Assembly (NCBI GenBank): GCA_002784945.1
Contig: PFMD01000025.1
Span: forward strand, 1 to 63,963
Direction of reading: 5' to 3'
DNA length: 63,963 bases
From: Candidatus Kerfeldbacteria bacterium CG_4_10_14_0_8_um_filter_42_10
GTDB lineage: Bacteria > Patescibacteriota > Patescibacteriia > UM-FILTER-42-10
This document shows positions 8,441 through 16,753 of the stretch, piece after piece. A program made the translations under genes and the position numbers. The notes under the pieces were generated by a model. The model had not been told where the DNA came from and searched no databases. It worked only from the letters and a program-made list of their open reading frames with translations. Position 1 is the stretch's first letter, and each line of letters opens with the position of its first letter.

Positions 8441-8597
8441 AAGCTTATGCGAAGCATGAGCGAATCTGAATATAAAAAGGATTCGAAGGGCAGTAGTGAG
8501 GCAAGTCCCGCAGCGGGGACGCAGCCGAACGCCGACTGCTCCGAGCGGGCGCAGGAGCAGGCGCTGCCCCGGACCCGAATCCTTCCGCCTCCGCCAA
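8425..8597. repeat. Direct repeat copy 1: tRNA-Ser 3' end + 137-nt unit + second copy of the tRNA 3' end
   Basis: 8441-8597 matches 9781-9937 with 4 mismatches in 157 nt. CGAATCCTTCCGCCTCCGCCAA occurs at 8420-8441 (true tRNA end) and again at 8576-8597. Confidence 0.9.
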
Positions 8598-8627
8598 TTT
8601 ATAAAACAAAATGGTTATTAGATCATT

Positions 8628-9731
8628 ATGAGTATCAACGACTTAATTATCTACATCCTAGTTTTTTTCATGATTCTGGGAGCATTGGATAAGTGCATTG
8701 GGAATAAATTCGGTTTAGGAGAAAAATTCGATGAGGGTTTTAAAGCCATGGGACCGCTGGCTATTGCCATGGTAGGCGTTATTTCCCTGGCTCCTGTTTT
8801 GGCAGATTTTCTGGGAAAGATTATCGGGCCGATTTATTCTTTTTTTGGCGCTGATCCAGCTATGTTTGCTCCGAGTTTTCTGGCTATTGATATGGGCGGT
8901 TATCCTTTGGCTGTTCAAATGGCTCAAACAACTGAGGCGGGATTGTTTGCCGGAATAATCTTAGGCTCCATGCTCGGCGCGACCGTTGTTTTTACCATTC
9001 CCGTAGCGCTTAACATTATAAAAAAAGAAGATCACAAATTTTTGGCTATTGGCGTTTTAACCGGTTTAATTACTATCCCCTTCGGTTGTTTGGTCGGTGG
9101 CCTGGTAGCCGGATTCGCCTTAAAAATGATCTTGATCAACCTGATTCCCATAATCATTATCGCTTTATTAATCAGCCTAGGTTTATGGCTGATACCCGCT
9201 ACCATGATCCGCGGCTTTCGTTGGTTTGGTCAAATAGTGCTGATTGTTATCACCTTAGCCACCGCCGCAATTGTCACTGAAACTTTAACCGGTTTAGTAA
9301 TAATCCCCGGGTTAGCGCCAATCCAAGATGGTATTAAGGTAGTTGGCTCAATCACCATTGTTTTACTTGGTACATTTCCGTTTATTCACGTAATCACTAA
9401 ATTTTTCCAAAAATTATTAATGAAAGTCGGAAAAATTATCAACATAAACAGCGAATCCGCGGCTGGTTTAATCGTTACTTTGGCCAATAATATTCCCATG
9501 TTTAACATGATGAAAAACATGGATGATCGGGGTAAAGTTTTGAATGTTGCTTTTACCGTCAGCGCGGCTTTTGTTTTTGGCGATCACCTTGGTTTCACGG
9601 CGGCGGTCAGCCGGCCAATGATTGTGCCAATGATTGCGGGTAAGCTAACCGCCGGATTCTTTGCCGTTATTCTAGCTTATCTGCTTATTTCCCGAACAAA
9701 TATTTTAAACCCAAAACAAAAAGTTAGTTGA
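8628..9731 (+). CDS. eutH: Ethanolamine permease EutH family
   Basis: 367 aa, polytopic. INDLIIYILVFFMILGALDK...FDEGFKAMGPLAIAMVG...LAPVLA...DMGGYPLA...ATLANNIPMF..MK.MD.RGKV.N.AF.VSAAF.FGDHLGF aligns block by block with E. coli EutH as recalled. Confidence 0.85.
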   Translation: MSINDLIIYILVFFMILGALDKCIGNKFGLGEKFDEGFKAMGPLAIAMVGVISLAPVLADFLGKIIGPIYSFFGADPAMFAPSFLAIDMGGYPLAVQMAQTTEAGLFAGIILGSMLGATVVFTIPVALNIIKKEDHKFLAIGVLTGLITIPFGCLVGGLVAGFALKMILINLIPIIIIALLISLGLWLIPATMIRGFRWFGQIVLIVITLATAAIVTETLTGLVIIPGLAPIQDGIKVVGSITIVLLGTFPFIHVITKFFQKLLMKVGKIININSESAAGLIVTLANNIPMFNMMKNMDDRGKVLNVAFTVSAAFVFGDHLGFTAAVSRPMIVPMIAGKLTAGFFAVILAYLLISRTNILNPKQKVS

Positions 9732-9764
9732 ATTATTTAAAAGTACTTTATAAATCGTTATTTC

Positions 9765-9937
9765 CCTTCCGCCTTCGCTAAAGCTTATGCGAAGCATAAG
9801 CGAATCTGAATATAAAAAGGATTCGAAGGGCAGTAGTGAGGCAAGTCCCGCAACAGGGACGCAGCCGAACGTCGACTGCTCCGAGCGGGCGCAGGAGCAG
9901 GCGCTGCCCCGGACCCGAATCCTTCCGCCTCCGCCAA
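9765..9937. repeat. Direct repeat copy 2 (degenerate tRNA-end + 137-nt unit + intact tRNA-end copy)
   Basis: CCTTCCGCCTTCGCTA (degenerate) followed by the unit, ending CGAATCCTTCCGCCTCCGCCAA at 9916-9937. Confidence 0.9.
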
Positions 9938-10034
9938 AATTGAGAGTGGCGTCATTACCAAGCCAAGCATTCAAACAATCCAAAAAATCGTCAGCCGTCA
10001 GGCATCCCAATGGAGGAAATATTAGAATAACTTT

Positions 10035-10580
10035 ATGAACCGCAAAGAAAAAATACTGCTTTATGGCAGCAACATTTGGAACTTTGCCGATGGAATGTTC
10101 GGACCGCTTATTGCTGTATTCACTGAAAGAATTGGAGGAAGTATTTTGGATGTATCGTGGGCATGGGCAATTTATCTTATCGTTACTGGGATTTGCGTCA
10201 TTTTAGTAGGAAGGTATTCAGATCACCATAACAAGGAAAAAATAATGATTTTCGGCTATGGCTTAACGGCATTGTTCACCTTTGGTTATTTGTTGGTAGA
10301 AACTCCTTTTCACCTTTTTATCATTCAAGCGGGTTTAGGATTTGCTCTCGCCTTATGCAATCCTACTTGGTATGCCCTTTACGATAAGTACTCCTCTCAA
10401 AAATCCGCTGGATTAGCCTGGGGATTAGCAGATGGAGAAGCAAAGATTCTAACCGGAATTGCCATTATTATTGGGGGCTTTATCGCGAAAACTTTTTCCT
10501 TTGAGACTTTGTTTATTATCATGGGAAGTTTTCAAGTTATCGCTACGCTTTATCAAATGCAAATTTTAAAAAATAGGTAA
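10035..10580 (+). CDS. MFS-like membrane protein, half-size (about 6 TM)
   Basis: 181 aa, hydrophobic throughout. GRYSDHHNKEK between TM2 and TM3 resembles the MFS G-R-x-x-D loop. Confidence 0.5.
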   Translation: MNRKEKILLYGSNIWNFADGMFGPLIAVFTERIGGSILDVSWAWAIYLIVTGICVILVGRYSDHHNKEKIMIFGYGLTALFTFGYLLVETPFHLFIIQAGLGFALALCNPTWYALYDKYSSQKSAGLAWGLADGEAKILTGIAIIIGGFIAKTFSFETLFIIMGSFQVIATLYQMQILKNR

Positions 10581-10780
10581 GAGTTTTCCTTTAAGGAACA
10601 GGCTCTTACATAGTTTTACTCATCGCTTTTATGAAAAAACCAAAGCTCCACTAGAGTAAATGAATTATTCCATTTCTCCCAGTTAGAAAAACAGCTCTTG
10701 GAGCTATTTTTGTTTTTGCAAGTTTGTAGGCGAAACGCCGGCGCTTCGCCTACAAACGAATATTACGTTATAATGAAGCT

Positions 10781-11350
10781 ATGACTAAACAAAAAAAATC
10801 CATCCCTAAAAATGCCAAACGGGTATTCCGAGGAGAAATCTTCGAAGTGTGGCAATGGCAACAGAAAATGTTTGACGGGACCACTGAAACCTTTGAAAAA
10901 GTTAAAAGGCCAGATACTCTTCAGATAATTCCCGTGGTCGGACGCAAAATTCTAATAGAAAAACAGGAACAGCCGGGGCATTCCCAGTTTTTATCGCTAG
11001 CCGGAGGAAGACGAGATAATAACGAATCACCGCTCCAAGCGGCCAAACGAGAATTGCTTGAAGAAACCGGTTACTCTTCAAAAGACTGGCTGCTTTTTCA
11101 AAAGGAGTACCAACTTGGGCACGTTGTGTTTACTATTTATACCTACATTGCGCGTAATTGTTTCAAAAAGACCAATCCTAATTTAGATTCCGGAGAAAGA
11201 ATTACTACTAAGTTCGTTAATTTCAACCAATTTCTAGCGCTTTCCGACAATAAACTCTTTCGTAATCATGACTTCGTCAATACGCTTCTCAGAATAAAAA
11301 TGGATTCTAAAAGAAAAAAGCAATTCCAAAACTTGTTGTTTAAAAAATAA
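10781..11350 (+). CDS. NUDIX hydrolase
   Basis: Nudix box GGRRDNNESPLQAAKRELLEETGY (Gx5Ex7REUxEExGU). Confidence 0.85.
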   Translation: MTKQKKSIPKNAKRVFRGEIFEVWQWQQKMFDGTTETFEKVKRPDTLQIIPVVGRKILIEKQEQPGHSQFLSLAGGRRDNNESPLQAAKRELLEETGYSSKDWLLFQKEYQLGHVVFTIYTYIARNCFKKTNPNLDSGERITTKFVNFNQFLALSDNKLFRNHDFVNTLLRIKMDSKRKKQFQNLLFKK

Positions 11351-11414
11351 TCATTATATTTTACTTTTCCGCGATTTTATGGTATGATATGGAGGATTTT
11401 TAACCAAAGATACT

Positions 11415-12287
11415 ATGACTAAAATAAAGAAGGCTGTTATCCCGGTAGCAGGATTCGGCACGCGCTTCCTTCCGGTAACCAAGGCTCAGCCGAAAGAAAT
11501 GCTGCCGATCGTTGATAAACCATCGGTGCAATACGCGGTAGAAGAAGCGGTTCGAGCCGGCATCAAAGATATTATTCTAATTACCGGCTACAGTAAAAGG
11601 GCGATTGAGGATCATTTTGACAGCAATTTTGAGCTGGAATGCAATCTTAAAGCCAAAAAGAAAAATCAGGCTCTTAGGACAGTACAAAAAATCACCAGGC
11701 TGGCTAATTTTATTTATATTCGTCAAAAGAAAGCGCTGGGTAATGGGCACGCCGTACTTTGCGCCAAGAGCGTAATCGGCAAAGAGCCTTTTGTCGTAAT
11801 TTGGCCGGATGATTTAATTGACTCTAACCAAAATTGCATTCAGCAAATGATTGATGTTTTTTATCAGTATACCTCGCCGGTAGTAGGCGTTCTTAAAGTT
11901 CCTAAAAAAGATGTTTCTAAATACGGCATTATTGGTAATAAGCATATCCGAGGAAATGTGCATGAGGTTCTTTCTATAATAGAAAAGCCTGATTTAAAAA
12001 AAGCTCCTTCGCAATTGGCTATTCTTAAGGGTTATGTTTTGACCCCTGAGATATTCGATATTCTGGAGAAATTAAAACCCGGCAAGGGAGGGGAAATTTG
12101 GTTAGCCGATGCGGTTTTGAAACTTTTAAAGACTCAGTCCGTCTTTGCTTGTGAATTTAAGGGCAAGGTATACGACGTCGGCTCGAAGGCGGGCTGGCTG
12201 AAAGCGAATATCGCCTACGCCTTAAAACATCCTGAATTAAAAGAGGAAATAAAAAAATTCCTAGCTAAGGATTTAAAAAAGATATAA
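11415..12287 (+). CDS. galU: UTP--glucose-1-phosphate uridylyltransferase
   Basis: KAVIPVAGFGTRFLPVTKAQPKEMLPIVDKP N-terminal signature and VLKVP...YGII, typical of GalU. Confidence 0.85.
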   Translation: MTKIKKAVIPVAGFGTRFLPVTKAQPKEMLPIVDKPSVQYAVEEAVRAGIKDIILITGYSKRAIEDHFDSNFELECNLKAKKKNQALRTVQKITRLANFIYIRQKKALGNGHAVLCAKSVIGKEPFVVIWPDDLIDSNQNCIQQMIDVFYQYTSPVVGVLKVPKKDVSKYGIIGNKHIRGNVHEVLSIIEKPDLKKAPSQLAILKGYVLTPEIFDILEKLKPGKGGEIWLADAVLKLLKTQSVFACEFKGKVYDVGSKAGWLKANIAYALKHPELKEEIKKFLAKDLKKI

Positions 12288-12296
12288 ACAAACCTT

Positions 12297-13670
12297 ATGT
12301 CTAAAAAAATACTTTTTATTCTGGGACCACTCGCCCTAATTGCCGTTGGTTTTATATTATACAGCGTTATTGTTGGAGGAGGAACGAAAATTCCCGCTGA
12401 CGCCACCAAACAAAAAAAACTGGTTTATTGGGGAGTGTTTAATGAAAGCGGCGATATTGCCGATATCGTTAGCGCCTATCGGGTAATGCACCCAAACATT
12501 ACTATTGAATACCGCAAACTCAAGCCCGAGGAATACGAACAAGCATTACTGGAGGCTTGGGCTAAAGATGAAGGGCCGGACATTTTTTCAATCCATAACA
12601 GTTGGGTAGGAAAATATCAGGATTTTATCGCGCCTCTGCCCCCTTCCACCAAGATGGCCTTTTACAGCTCCACTAAAACCCTGGGCATTAAAGAAGAGAC
12701 TAAAATTGAATATAAAGAAACCCCTTCTTTAAAATTATCCGATCTCCAAAATAATTTTGTCGACGTGGTTTATCAAGATGCCGTAGTAAACAGCCAAGTA
12801 TACGGGCTTCCGCTGAGCATGGATACTTTGGCTCTTTTTTATAATCGCGATTTACTCAATCAAGCTAAGATTCCTCTTCCTCCCACCAATTATGATGAAT
12901 TTCTCTCGGACGTGCCAAAATTGACGGTGTTAGATAAAGAGGGAAACGTGCTTCAGGCTGGCACCGCTCTCGGAACGGCCAATAACATTCCGCGAGCTGC
13001 TGATATTCTCTTTCTTTTCATGCTCCAAAACCGGACCGAGATGACCGACGCCTCGGGAAAAAGGGCTAATTTCACCCACAACTCTCCCGAAGACCCTTCT
13101 AAATACCCGGGGGTGCTGGCCTTAGAATTTTTTACTCAATTCGCTGATAACAACAAAGAAGTTTACACCTGGAATGAAAATCTCCCCAATGCCTTAGAGC
13201 TGTTTACCCAGGGTAAGCTGGCCTTTTTCTTCGGTTATTCTTATCACATCCCGCTAATCGAACAACAAAGCCAGGGAAAAATCAATTATGGCATCACCAA
13301 CATTCCTCAGCTTAACCAAGAAGTGGACTACGCCAACTATTGGCTAGAAACAGTTTCAAAAAAAACCTTGTATGCCAATGAGGCTTGGGATTTTATTCAA
13401 TTTGCCACTAAAGCGGAAAATGCGATTAAGTTTATTGAAAAAACCAACAAGCCTACCGCTCTTAAAGCTCTAATCCCCCAGCAAGCTGAAGACAGCCAAT
13501 TGCAGTACTTTGTTTTACAAAGCCTGGTGGCTAAAAGTTGGTACCACGGTAAAGATCCCAATTTAATGGAACAATATATTAATGATCTGATGGAAAAAGT
13601 GGTAAAGGAACAACTTAAGCCTCAAGAAGCGCTTCAGCTGACTCAAGAATTAATTCAGCAAACTTACTGA
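12297..13670 (+). CDS. Extracellular solute-binding protein (ABC family 1-like), membrane-anchored
   Basis: N-terminal TM helix, then LVYWGVF...YGLPLSMDTLALFYNRDLL, typical of sugar-binding SBPs. There are no adjacent permease or ATPase genes. Confidence 0.65.
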   Translation: MSKKILFILGPLALIAVGFILYSVIVGGGTKIPADATKQKKLVYWGVFNESGDIADIVSAYRVMHPNITIEYRKLKPEEYEQALLEAWAKDEGPDIFSIHNSWVGKYQDFIAPLPPSTKMAFYSSTKTLGIKEETKIEYKETPSLKLSDLQNNFVDVVYQDAVVNSQVYGLPLSMDTLALFYNRDLLNQAKIPLPPTNYDEFLSDVPKLTVLDKEGNVLQAGTALGTANNIPRAADILFLFMLQNRTEMTDASGKRANFTHNSPEDPSKYPGVLALEFFTQFADNNKEVYTWNENLPNALELFTQGKLAFFFGYSYHIPLIEQQSQGKINYGITNIPQLNQEVDYANYWLETVSKKTLYANEAWDFIQFATKAENAIKFIEKTNKPTALKALIPQQAEDSQLQYFVLQSLVAKSWYHGKDPNLMEQYINDLMEKVVKEQLKPQEALQLTQELIQQTY

Positions 13671-13680
13671 TTGTTTTTCT

Positions 13681-14721
13681 ATGAAAAAATTACTTCTGAT
13701 TGTTCTGGGCCTAACTTTTTTTTCCTTGTTCCTTTTTCCTGTCCTAAACGTCCAAGCAGACTGTAATCCCACTTTGCTATTACCCCCTTGTACCTGCAGC
13801 GGAAATTGCAAGCTGAATGATTTTTTAGCGCTGGCTGCTCGAATGGCCCAATACGGCTTAGGCTTGCTTACCCTTGTTACCATTGGTTTTGTGATTCAGG
13901 GCGGATTTTCGCTGATGACCGCCATGGGCAGTTCAGAAAAGATCGAATCGGGCAAAAAACTTTTAGGCGGTACTTTTCGAGGGATGGCGATCGTGCTCTT
14001 AGCATGGATTATGGTTAATACTATTATTTTTCTGTTTACCGGCAACGCCAGCGGCTTGCTGTTCGGCGGAACGGGCAATCCGTGGTGGAAGTTCGAGGAG
14101 ACTCCGATTTCTAATACCTGTGATCCTCACGTTGCGAATAATTGTGCCTACCTTCAGGCCTGCACTGACACCACTGGTTGGGACGAACAAGCAAAAGTCG
14201 GTTCTCATTGCTGGAGCTATGGCACTTGCGAGGGGGGTGACGAAAAAATCTGTTGCGATACCGGGGAAACCATTCCTCAAAATTGCCAAGCGCCCGCCGC
14301 AGGCGCTTGCGGCGATCTGGCCGCGTTGGCCCAGCAATATAATGCTTTGTATCCCGCCGCGGACGCGCCTGATTTAACTGCTTTAAGAAACTGCGTAGAA
14401 TCAAACGTGCCTGCCGCCATGATTGACCAAAACCAAATTTACACTTATGAAAGGGATAATACCAGCTGCAACTATACCCATGGCCAAGCGGTATGCGGCG
14501 ATTGCGCTCATTCTCAATATTCCTGCCATTACGGAGGGGTCAGCGGCAACCAGGGAGCGCAGGGAGTGGATTATAATGCCGCTTCTGGATATACTGAAGA
14601 GCAGCTGAAGGATACTATTTTCAACGTACTGGATAATCAATGCGCGGGACTTTGGGGCGGGCGTTTATTTGAAACTGACCATACTCACGTTAGTAGCGTT
14701 GGTTGTAATAGCAATTCCTAG
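13681..14721 (+). CDS. TrbC/VirB2-like (CPR 'T4SS pilin'-type) two-TM protein with long Cys-rich C-terminal extension
   Basis: Signal peptide, then a TM - MTAMGSSEKIESGKK loop - TM core shared with the three downstream genes. The C-terminal 230 aa is rich in Cys. Confidence 0.65.
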   Translation: MKKLLLIVLGLTFFSLFLFPVLNVQADCNPTLLLPPCTCSGNCKLNDFLALAARMAQYGLGLLTLVTIGFVIQGGFSLMTAMGSSEKIESGKKLLGGTFRGMAIVLLAWIMVNTIIFLFTGNASGLLFGGTGNPWWKFEETPISNTCDPHVANNCAYLQACTDTTGWDEQAKVGSHCWSYGTCEGGDEKICCDTGETIPQNCQAPAAGACGDLAALAQQYNALYPAADAPDLTALRNCVESNVPAAMIDQNQIYTYERDNTSCNYTHGQAVCGDCAHSQYSCHYGGVSGNQGAQGVDYNAASGYTEEQLKDTIFNVLDNQCAGLWGGRLFETDHTHVSSVGCNSNS

Positions 14722-14726
14722 GAATT

Positions 14727-15386
14727 ATGAAAAAAAATACTCTAACATTTATTTTTTTAGGACTTGGTCTGTTATCAATTTTTTTGTTATCGGCTAATCC
14801 AGTTTATTCCGATTGCGAGCCTGGCTCTTTACTCCCCCCTTGCACCTGCAGCGGAAACTGTAAGCTGAATGATTTTTTGGCGCTGGCTGCTCAGCTGGCT
14901 CAATATGGTCTGGGGTTGCTTTCGATTATCACTCTGTTTTTTGTGATTCAGAGCGGATTTTCGCTGATGACCGCCATGGGCAATTCAGAAAAGATCGAAT
15001 CGGGCAAAAAAATGTTGGGTGGTACTTTTCGAGGGATGGCGATTGTACTTTTGGCCTGGGTGCTGGTTAATACCATCGTTTTCTTATTTACCGGAAACGC
15101 CAGCGGCTTGCTGTTCGGCGGAACGGGCAATCCGTGGTGGAAGTTCGAGGAGACTCCGATACTTCAGATTGATGAAAGATGTCCCCGTTTCCGTCAACCG
15201 TACCCCGAACATCCCGAATGCCATTATCTTCAATCTTGCCAAGACACTTCTGGTCAAACTGAGCAGTGGAAAACAACCGCTCACTGCTGGAGTTATGGCG
15301 TCTGCGCCGGTCCTGATGCGGTAATCTGCTGTGATTCGGGACAAACCGAAGGATCGTGCAGCGGCGGAGCTGGAGGATTCTATTAA
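14727..15386 (+). CDS. TrbC/VirB2-like two-TM protein with Cys-rich C-terminal extension (paralog of 13681-14721)
   Basis: Same core as its neighbour. DNA 15096-15160 is identical to 14044-14108 (65 nt). Confidence 0.65.
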   Translation: MKKNTLTFIFLGLGLLSIFLLSANPVYSDCEPGSLLPPCTCSGNCKLNDFLALAAQLAQYGLGLLSIITLFFVIQSGFSLMTAMGNSEKIESGKKMLGGTFRGMAIVLLAWVLVNTIVFLFTGNASGLLFGGTGNPWWKFEETPILQIDERCPRFRQPYPEHPECHYLQSCQDTSGQTEQWKTTAHCWSYGVCAGPDAVICCDSGQTEGSCSGGAGGFY

Positions 15387-15421
15387 TTTCTTTTGAATTA
15401 TAAAATTATTTATTCACTACA

Positions 15422-15775
15422 ATGAAAATAACACTCTCTAATATTATTTCAGTAATATTCATCATTTTTTTGCTGCTTATGGGAGTCTCTTCGGCCTTAG
15501 CCGCATCTATGGAAAGTCTGCCCAACCCGATCGGCCCCACTAATATGACCGCGTTGGATCTAATCGTTAAAGTACTCCAGTTATTACTAGGTGGCGTGAG
15601 TGTTTTTGCCTTAGCCATGTTCGTTTGGGGAGGCTTGGTAATGCTTACTTCTGGCGGTAATCCCGACCGAGTTAAAAAAGCCAAGGACACTTTGGTCTGG
15701 GCCGCTTTAGGCTTAGCAATTATTCTTTTCAGCGGAGCGATTGTACGTTATATTTTTCAAACTTTTCAATTTTAG
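15422..15775 (+). CDS. TrbC/VirB2-like small two-TM protein
   Basis: 117 aa: signal peptide, TM, LTSGGNPDRVKKAKD loop, TM. Confidence 0.65.
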   Translation: MKITLSNIISVIFIIFLLLMGVSSALAASMESLPNPIGPTNMTALDLIVKVLQLLLGGVSVFALAMFVWGGLVMLTSGGNPDRVKKAKDTLVWAALGLAIILFSGAIVRYIFQTFQF

Positions 15776-15820
15776 TTTTTTTCGGCAGCAAATCGTGAAA
15801 AATTAATTTAATTTACCAAA

Positions 15821-15922
15821 CCCCGTTAGAAATTCTGGGAATAAGGTTTAATATTTATACTGCTTTTACCTCCCTAAACTTATTATTTTGTAGAATCCAC
15901 GTTGTGTAAATTTCTAACGGGG
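15821..15922. repeat. CCCGTTAGAAATT / AATTTCTAACGGG inverted-repeat element
   Basis: Arms at 15822-15834 and 15909-15921 are perfect reverse complements, with a 74-nt AT-rich spacer. Confidence 0.9.
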
Positions 15923-16055
15923 TGAATACAAAAATTGTTCTTTATTTTAACTGGGAAAGTTGATCACGATCCGTTTCTTCAGCTGAAGTTAGCCAATTTT
16001 TAGGAATGTTGAATTAACTGCAAAAAGACGGCATGTTCTCTGGATATGATGAAAT

Positions 16056-16085
16056 TTGACATATTGGGATTAATTAAAGTATAAT
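16056..16085 (+). promoter_or_regulatory. Sigma70-type promoter
   Basis: TTGACA (16056-16061), 18 nt, TATAAT (16080-16085). Confidence 0.55.
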
Positions 16086-16146
16086 TTAGTTAGTTTTTTA
16101 TGCTGTTAAGCATAAAATAATCTTATTGAAGAAAGGGGGTGACAAT

Positions 16147-16500
16147 ATGAAAAAACTAGTTGGTTCTCTTGCCGCTTTGGGCACGCTTTTGGTGGCAAAA
16201 TCTGCTTACGCGGTAAGTTTCTATAATCCTTCTTCTACCTTGGGTCTAGGAAGTTCTGACCTGCAAACAACCGTCATTGCTATTATTCAATGGGTACTCG
16301 GTTTGTTGGGCTTGGTGGCTGTTATCATGATTTTACTCGGCGGCTTCAAATGGATGACTGCCGGAGGTAATGAAGAAAAAATTGAATCTGCTAAAAAACT
16401 CCTTACTGCTGCTATTATTGGTTTAGTAATCGTCTTGCTGGCTTGGGCAATCGTTATCTTTGCCCTCGGTGTGTTGCAGAATACCAGTGGCGCAAGCTAA
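16147..16500 (+). CDS. TrbC/VirB2-like small two-TM protein
   Basis: Start moved to the ATG at 16147 (AAGGGGGTG SD 6 nt upstream). Signal peptide, TM, MTAGGNEEKIESAKK loop, TM. Confidence 0.7.
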   Translation: MKKLVGSLAALGTLLVAKSAYAVSFYNPSSTLGLGSSDLQTTVIAIIQWVLGLLGLVAVIMILLGGFKWMTAGGNEEKIESAKKLLTAAIIGLVIVLLAWAIVIFALGVLQNTSGAS

Positions 16501-16526
16501 TCTTAAATTAATTTCGACTAACAGAA

Positions 16527-16558
16527 CCCCCGCGTCTGACGCGGGGGTTTGTTTTTTA
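16527..16558 (+). terminator. Rho-independent terminator
   Basis: CCCCCGCG-TCTGA-CGCGGGGG followed by TTTGTTTTTT. Confidence 0.8.
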
Positions 16559-16753
16559 CTTAAGATTACACTACAATAAATGAAGCTCCTCACAAGTAAA
16601 GCTGCGAGGTATCAAGCGGAATTCTCCGAAGACTTGCCTGCTCCACCGAAGCAGTTATTTCAGCTACGAAGGACGGACATCCTCACAGCAAGCTGCTGGA
16701 TATTCGGCGAAGGGGAATAAAAGATACTATACTTTGTGTTTGACTGATTCAAT

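Noticed and set aside
8357-10038. ORFs 8357-8692(+), 9787-10038(+), 9705-10010(-) and 9785-9970(-), which give similar peptides in both repeat copies.
   Set aside because: They start inside or read through tRNA-Ser and the 157-bp repeats. All four nucleotide differences between the copies would be non-synonymous. The similarity therefore reflects DNA repetition, not a conserved protein.
10769-10783. Possible leaderless mRNA for the NUDIX gene (TATAAT at 10769-10774, only 6 nt before the ATG).
   Set aside because: No convincing -35 element lies at the proper spacing. A single -10-like hexamer in AT-rich DNA is weak evidence.
13681-16500. Calling the pilin-like array a type IV secretion system.
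   Set aside because: Only VirB2/TrbC-like small proteins are present. No VirB4/VirB6/VirB10/VirD4-type genes occur in the window, so only 'pilin-like' is claimed.
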